Assembly (NCBI RefSeq): GCF_963931675.1
Contig: NZ_OZ007039.1
Coordinates: 1,771,806-1,835,805, forward strand
DNA length: 64,000 nucleotides
Reading direction: 5' to 3'
Source: an uncultured Alistipes sp.
GTDB taxonomy: Bacteria; Bacteroidota; Bacteroidia; Bacteroidales; Rikenellaceae
Part shown: positions 58,904 through 64,000 of the stretch, one piece after another
Numbering within the stretch: the stretch's first letter is position 1
Layout of the letters: each line of letters starts with the position of its first letter
Program-made: the position numbers and the translations under genes
The notes under the pieces: model-generated
Database searches by the model: none
The model's input: only the letters and a program-made list of their open reading frames with translations
What the model was told of the DNA's origin: nothing

Positions 58904-59470
58904 ATGAATAGAGATGATATACTGACACTCAAGGCGGTAATTCTATATATTCTGAAGAATTGTTCCGCTCATGTGAGTCGCAATGTTTATTACATTGTGA
59001 AAACTGCTTTTGTGGCGCAACAAAAGCATTTGGCAAAATATCTTTGTCCTCTTTTTGAGGACAAGATTATTGCTTTGCAATTTGGGCCAGTTCCCTCAAA
59101 TATATACGACGTTTTGAAAATTGCGCGAGGAGATTCGAATGCTATGTATTTTCATCGGAACGATGATCTTTGTTTAGTATATGATTCAATATCATTCTGT
59201 GATGAAGTTTTTACAGCAAACGAGGATCCTGACATGAATTATTTGTCTACATCTGCGGTAGAATGCATTGATGAAGCTTTACGTGAGGTGTCGGAAATGA
59301 CATTTGATCAGATTGTACGAACAACGCATGGAGAGGAGTGGACTCGCGCGTTCAATAATCCAAATTGCAAAGAAATGAGCTATCTTGCAATTGCCAAAGA
59401 AGGAGGAGCAAACGATTCTTCAATATCCTATTTGAAAGAAAATCTAGAACTTGATAGTTCGCTCAAATGA
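58904..59470 (+). CDS. Panacea (DUF4065, SocA-like) domain antitoxin
   Basis: LKAVILYILKNC...IVKTAFVAQQKHLAKYLCPLFEDKIIALQFGPVPSNIYD matches the Panacea-domain signature. Confidence 0.55.
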   Translation: MNRDDILTLKAVILYILKNCSAHVSRNVYYIVKTAFVAQQKHLAKYLCPLFEDKIIALQFGPVPSNIYDVLKIARGDSNAMYFHRNDDLCLVYDSISFCDEVFTANEDPDMNYLSTSAVECIDEALREVSEMTFDQIVRTTHGEEWTRAFNNPNCKEMSYLAIAKEGGANDSSISYLKENLELDSSLK

Positions 59471-59928
59471 TGAAATTAGGCGAATCCTCATCTGTTTTCA
59501 AAGGATTGTCCATTAATCAAGGTAGTGTTTTTAAGATGACACTTTATCCGAAAGATGGTGTAACTCCTCAAAAAGAGGGAGATAGATCTCGTACAAAATA
59601 CTTCGTGGTTATTGGCAAAGATAGTGATTCAATTTTGGTTGGGGCACTTTTAATTAACACGGAAGTTAATGTCAATTTGATAACGGTGATCGCTCCATAT
59701 CAGTATTGTATATATCCGAGTGATTATGACTTTCTTGGTAGCAAGTGTCGATATGTAGATTGTTATAGAATCAAAGAACTATCTTATGAACGGATAGTTT
59801 CAGAAGGAGAATATATTGGTATAATTTCAGATGCAGATATGGCTCATGTTATTGATTTGGTAAGAAGATCGCCAGTTAACAAGCCATTAATATTGAGGAA
59901 ATACGGGACCTTCAATGTTGCTAAGTAA
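59467..59928 (+). CDS. putative toxin partner of the Panacea antitoxin (153 aa, unclassified)
   Basis: Overlaps the antitoxin stop (ATGA). Antitoxin-first order as in PanA-PanT pairs. No recognised toxin fold. Confidence 0.4.
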   Translation: MMKLGESSSVFKGLSINQGSVFKMTLYPKDGVTPQKEGDRSRTKYFVVIGKDSDSILVGALLINTEVNVNLITVIAPYQYCIYPSDYDFLGSKCRYVDCYRIKELSYERIVSEGEYIGIISDADMAHVIDLVRRSPVNKPLILRKYGTFNVAK

Positions 59929-59931
59929 AAT

Positions 59932-60125
59932 GAACGACTGGACAACTGCATCGTATCGAGGCTCAAAACGCTTTGAAGTGTTATCGTGTGTCCATACTTC
60001 GGGCATTGAAGCATTCTATTTTAGAGGCATTCCCCGATGAACAATTGATAGAACATTGGGGATACGATGATGCCGGTATCCCGCTGAACAGATAAATGAA
60101 AACCGTCGGAGAGTCCTTACCAAGC
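59932..60125 (+). repeat. ~190-bp repeat, copy B, followed by a hairpin terminator (aaaaccgtcg...cgacggttttt)
   Basis: Homologous to 41745-41940. Starts 4 nt after the toxin stop. Confidence 0.5.
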
Positions 60126-60223
60126 TTTTCGACGGTTTTTGTTTTGGATGCTTCAATCAAGAAAAGGAGAATGGTAAATGAAGATACAATACATGAGCTA
60201 TCTGCACTTAAATAAGGTGTGGT

Positions 60224-61633
60224 ATGTCTTGGAGAACGAACACCTTGCGAATGGGTTTGATCCGGGAAAGTTTACTAAGATTTAATGAACATACAGAGAT
60301 GAACGAAAGAATGAGCATAGGTAGAAAGTTCTTTGCCGATTTGGCGAAGGAGGTTGGCCTGAATACCTATCACTTGGATGTGTTGGGCGAAAGGCAACAT
60401 TGGGAGATTGTCGTTGGCGGCGATATGCTGGAACGGTTGGTTGGTATTCAGCGCCAATTCGAACGGCTGGCCGTGATGGGCGACGATGAGTACCGGGGAT
60501 TCTATATCGAGGTGCCGCGGCCTGCGCCGGAAGAGTGGGGCGATGCCGAGGAGTTGATTGCTTCGGGGGAATATGACAGCCGGGAGGCGTTCCTTGCGGA
60601 CTGGCTTGCGTTCAACCCGATGGAGACGCGGTGGTTCCATGTCGCCTCGACCCGATACGGGGATTCCCGGTCGCTTCGTGTTACGGACCGGAAACGTACC
60701 ATGTTCATCATCACGAACTGTCCTGCTTGTGCTGATGGGGCCCCTGATGATGCGTGGTGCAGAGATATTCTCACACGTCTCTTCGACTATCTGCAGCGGC
60801 TGATTGATGTTGTTGTTGCGGATCCCGACAGATTCAATGACTATGTGGCGCACAACCTGCCGTACCAGCAGCGTACGGGACGGATCGCACAGAAGGAGTT
60901 TAACCGTATAGTACCGAATTCTAAAATTGAGGTGGAAGATAAGGAAACGGCCATCAAGGCTTTGGAAGATTCGGTCCACGGGCGTTCTGTGCCACCCTTG
61001 GAGACCATGACTATCCGGCTGTATTGCACCTATTTCCGCATTGCCAACGAGGCGTATGAGGCTTACTACCGGAAACGGGGCGCCAGCGAACGTGTTTATG
61101 AAGATCCGCAGGATGTCCCAGAAGAGCTGCGGGATGTAGCCTACTACAAGCGGATGAAGTTCGTGTATGTGGAGACCCTGTACGACATTGACAGTCCGGC
61201 GGATTTCATACGGTTTGCAACGGATCACTACGGTGAACTGGGACTTTCTCGTCTGAATATCTTTGCCTTAAACAAGCACCAGCAGGGCTGGATGATTGTT
61301 GTCTCTAATAGCTATTCGGCTAATGCCGGACTGGCTATTGAAGTAGCTACCGCCTTGTATAAGGCCGGAGCGCCGCTGTTGATATTCGATGCAGAGAGAC
61401 TCCTGCGAATCCTGCGGGAGGAGGATTGGGTACGGCTGATTCCCAGTTCCTTTCACAACTATATGGGCTATCAGGAGGAGGGCACCGTCTACGAACTGCC
61501 GTGGGAATACGAATGCTCGGACGATGGCGATTCGCCCCTGACTCGGGAGCAATATCATGCGATTGTCTCGCTTACTGAATGGCAGCCGGAGGAGCGCGTG
61601 AAACCCATCATTTGGCAGGGCTGTGGTAATTAG
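60224..61633 (+). CDS. hypothetical protein (469 aa), higher GC than its surroundings
   Basis: Long ORF with coding-like composition. The antisense ORF 60275..61228 is judged an artefact. Confidence 0.4.
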   Translation: MSWRTNTLRMGLIRESLLRFNEHTEMNERMSIGRKFFADLAKEVGLNTYHLDVLGERQHWEIVVGGDMLERLVGIQRQFERLAVMGDDEYRGFYIEVPRPAPEEWGDAEELIASGEYDSREAFLADWLAFNPMETRWFHVASTRYGDSRSLRVTDRKRTMFIITNCPACADGAPDDAWCRDILTRLFDYLQRLIDVVVADPDRFNDYVAHNLPYQQRTGRIAQKEFNRIVPNSKIEVEDKETAIKALEDSVHGRSVPPLETMTIRLYCTYFRIANEAYEAYYRKRGASERVYEDPQDVPEELRDVAYYKRMKFVYVETLYDIDSPADFIRFATDHYGELGLSRLNIFALNKHQQGWMIVVSNSYSANAGLAIEVATALYKAGAPLLIFDAERLLRILREEDWVRLIPSSFHNYMGYQEEGTVYELPWEYECSDDGDSPLTREQYHAIVSLTEWQPEERVKPIIWQGCGN

Positions 61634-61884
61634 CAACTTGGCTTATCTCTATGCGAGGGCGTATAGGGGTATGCCACGTTTTTGGGAAGGGTGTGAGTTT
61701 GATGGCGATTATTTGGATAATTTATCACAAATATTAGTTTTGACATTGCTTGATATGTGTGTTAATTTTTGAGAAACACAATAATAAACTGGATTCTTAT
61801 ATGTGAATTTCTTATCTTTGTAAGATATAGTAATTGTGCAAGGTGCCGTTAATTCTTATCAGTTAAATAACGCTACTAATATAA

Positions 61885-62802
61885 ATGAGTTGCAATCATA
61901 AATTGATTGATATAAATATGAAGCCGGAAGAGATTCAAAATAGGATAATAAATGGAAGATGCGAAGAGGTATTAAAAAATCTTGATGATGATAGTATTGA
62001 TTTTATTCTAACATCTCCACCATACGCTGATAAAAGAAATTACGCTATTGAAAATACTTCTTCGTCTCCTGCAGAATATCTTGATTGGTTTAAACCAATG
62101 GCAAAAGAGATCTATCGTGTTTTAAAGAACGATGGAAGTTTTGTTTTGAATATTAGTGACAAGGTAGTAAATGGCGTCCAGCAAATATATGTTTTTGAAT
62201 TGGTCGTATACCTTTGCAAAGAACTCCATTTTCATTTAGTACGCGATTATATTTGGTATAATCCGGCAACTCCGCCTAATATTTATTCTACGGGGAAATA
62301 TGGAAGAACAAAAAAATCTCATGAATATTGTTTTTGGTTTAGTAAATCAGAGAAGTGGACTTTCAATATGGAGCCGATTCGGAAACCTTATAGCAAGGAT
62401 ATGCAGAAGTTCCTCGACGGTAAAGGGAAAGGGGGTAGAACTGAGAATACTCGCCCCAGTACCCATAATTTTAATTGTGGAATAAAATGGAAAAATAACG
62501 GGGGATCTGATCCTGGAAGTGTGATTTCTATTGGCAATACGAATAGTAATGATTTATTCTTTAAACTTTGCAAAGAAAGAGGAGTGAGCCACCCGGCAAG
62601 ATTCCCAGAAAAGCTAGCGGAATTCTTTATTTTGGCAGGGACCAATGAAGGCGATATCGTTCTTGATCCTTTCTCTGGTTCGGGAACAACATGTTTAGTT
62701 GCGAAACTCCATCATAGACGTTGGATTGGAATAGATGCTAATAATGATTATTGCGAACTCGCAACATTAAGAATTGAGCGTGAGGGGGATGAAAAGGAAT
62801 AA
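61885..62802 (+). CDS. beta-class DNA amino-methyltransferase (N4/N6 MTase, PF01555-type)
   Basis: Motif IV ILTSPPYADKRNY precedes motif I VLDPFSGSGTT; this permuted order is beta-class. Confidence 0.8.
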   Translation: MSCNHKLIDINMKPEEIQNRIINGRCEEVLKNLDDDSIDFILTSPPYADKRNYAIENTSSSPAEYLDWFKPMAKEIYRVLKNDGSFVLNISDKVVNGVQQIYVFELVVYLCKELHFHLVRDYIWYNPATPPNIYSTGKYGRTKKSHEYCFWFSKSEKWTFNMEPIRKPYSKDMQKFLDGKGKGGRTENTRPSTHNFNCGIKWKNNGGSDPGSVISIGNTNSNDLFFKLCKERGVSHPARFPEKLAEFFILAGTNEGDIVLDPFSGSGTTCLVAKLHHRRWIGIDANNDYCELATLRIEREGDEKE

Positions 62803-64000
62803 CAAAGATTATATTGTTGAATGTGTTGATGGGGCAAAAGGAATTTTGTCTCTCCCCGATAAGTCTATCAAATTGGTTTATGGGTCGCCTCCATACCCCA
62901 ATGCGGATCGTAATTATGGTAATTGGTCTACTGCGGAGTATATCGATAAAATATCGCCTTTTATCGATGCCGCATGTGCAAAGCTTCGTGACGATGGCTT
63001 TTTGGTTATTAATGTTAAGGCTAATAGAGAGAAACCTCGCAAAGGAATAAATAGTACTCGATCTCTGATTGTCGAAAAATTAGCGATTGAATTAGAGGAA
63101 AGATGGCATCTCTATTGTGTGGACATTGAAATATGGATTAAAGATAATCCTGTCCCTACAGGACTCCGTGTCGCTTGTCAAGATGCCTATGAACAGAATC
63201 TATGGTTTTCTGTTAGCCCACAATGGAAGATAAATATTGATGATATTCGGAGAGAATATGATGCTGAGACATTAAAGGCGTATGCTCATAATGAGTTTAA
63301 ACCTCGTGCGAATGGACTTTCTTATGTGAGGAAAGCCAAACATATAAAACCGAATCCCAAAGGAGCACTTCCTCTTAATGTTATAAAGGGAAGTGTGTCA
63401 TCTAAACAATCAGAACATCAGGCTGTGCAACCAGGATACCTTCCTGCTAAATATATTAAAGCATGTACGAAAGAAGGAGATTTGGTTGTTGATCCATGGC
63501 TTGGATCCGGGACTACTGGGTATGAGTGTTTGAGGCTTGGACGACGTTTTGCCGGATACGACATCAGCAAGGAGTATGTTGAATATTCGAGTCATTCATT
63601 AGATATCTTATCGGAGGAATTGGCTATGGTAAGCAAAATATCCAAACAAAGGGAGTCTATTCAGCGGAAGTTTGTTCAATCTCTTGGGGGTGCAGTTGTG
63701 GAACATAGTGCCCTTAACGAAAGGCCTTTAAAACTTAAGCTTTCGAGCCCAATCCCAATCGAATTGCTTATTTATGCATTCCCTGCAACGAACCCACCTG
63801 GAGGAAGGAGTATTCATGAGTATAAGTTTAATTTGAATGTTCCCAATCAAGAAAAAGGACAAAGAGGTAATTTTGATTCTTCTGCATATGCTCTGTTAGT
63901 CTCATATGTTGAAGATTATGACGTGTTTGTCTTGTATGATGCGGAAAAGCATAAAAACTTCTCTTATAATGCTAATGTCCAGTGTAAAGATGATTTAATC
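62786..64000 (+). CDS. second beta-class DNA methyltransferase, 3'-truncated by the window end, with a C-terminal extension of at least 130 aa (possibly endonuclease-like)
   Basis: Read directly from the sequence; it is absent from the ORF track because no stop is reached. Motif IV LVYGSPPYPNADRNY, motif I VVDPWLGSGTT. It overlaps the upstream MTase gene by 17 nt. Confidence 0.7.

Noticed and set aside
60275-61228. 317-aa minus-strand ORF
   Set aside because: It is antisense to the longer 469-aa + strand ORF, whose composition is more protein-like. Neither has motifs, and I kept only the + strand call at low confidence.
1-64000. CRISPR arrays
   Set aside because: No array of regularly spaced short direct repeats is present, and no cas genes. 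The only repeat families are the two dispersed elements, the tandem promoter units and the coding GAG/GAT tract.

Overview
This 64 kb window looks like a chromosomal segment from a Bacteroidales genome; the taxon is inferred only from Bacteroidetes-style promoter motifs, the gene content and the roughly 60-65% GC of the backbone. High-GC core genes alternate with three low-GC accessory regions. The high-GC ORFs that run antisense to core genes are treated as artefacts. In order along the window:

- **1-5.7 kb:** a 5'-truncated hypothetical gene, a thioredoxin-like lipoprotein, a frameshifted HTH gene, an IS4-family insertion sequence, and the remnant of an NBU-like mobilisable element (relaxase plus truncated integrase) beside tRNA-Leu(TAG).
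- **5.8-12.8 kb:** core genes, namely an FAD-dependent oxidoreductase and a polysaccharide-synthesis block (DUF5672-like, CDP-glycerol glycerophosphotransferase-like, two GT2 glycosyltransferases). They are followed by two tandem promoter-like repeats with no downstream CDS and a DUF3298-type lipoprotein.
- **13.0-28.9 kb:** a low-GC integrative element of about 15.9 kb inserted at the 3' end of tRNA-Glu(CTC); 18 bp of the tRNA 3' end is duplicated at the far end. It carries a CTnDOT-type tyrosine integrase, a serine recombinase operon, an XRE regulator, and an MmeI-like Type IIL R-M gene split by an IS481-family insertion. Downstream of the R-M gene is a tightly packed four-gene cassette (AbiJ-like, DUF2971, SF2 helicase, T5orf172 protein) that looks like an uncharacterised anti-phage module.
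- **29-38.7 kb:** core genes HPF, XerC/D and a flavin reductase, then a six-gene operon of unknown function. The operon encodes an SPFH protein with zinc ribbons, a membrane protein, a large protein with a poly-acidic tail, two tandem paralogues, and a bactofilin-like protein.
- **38.7-45 kb:** a truncated SGNH hydrolase, copy 1 of a 425-560 bp structured repeat, an AAA ATPase, copy A of a second roughly 190 bp repeat, a PTPS-like gene, and a hipBA module.
- **45-51.9 kb:** a low-GC island with a UPF0489 protein and a three-gene operon (unknown, PLD nuclease, SNF2 helicase) that resembles DISARM modules but has no methyltransferase.
- **52-57.7 kb:** an SF1 helicase fused to DUF2726, a flavin reductase, repeat copy 2, and a second hipBA module.
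- **57.8-64 kb:** a low-GC region. It holds a small protein plus a retropepsin-like protease with a SEC-C motif, a Panacea antitoxin with a putative toxin, repeat copy B, and two tandem beta-class DNA methyltransferases; the second runs off the window end.
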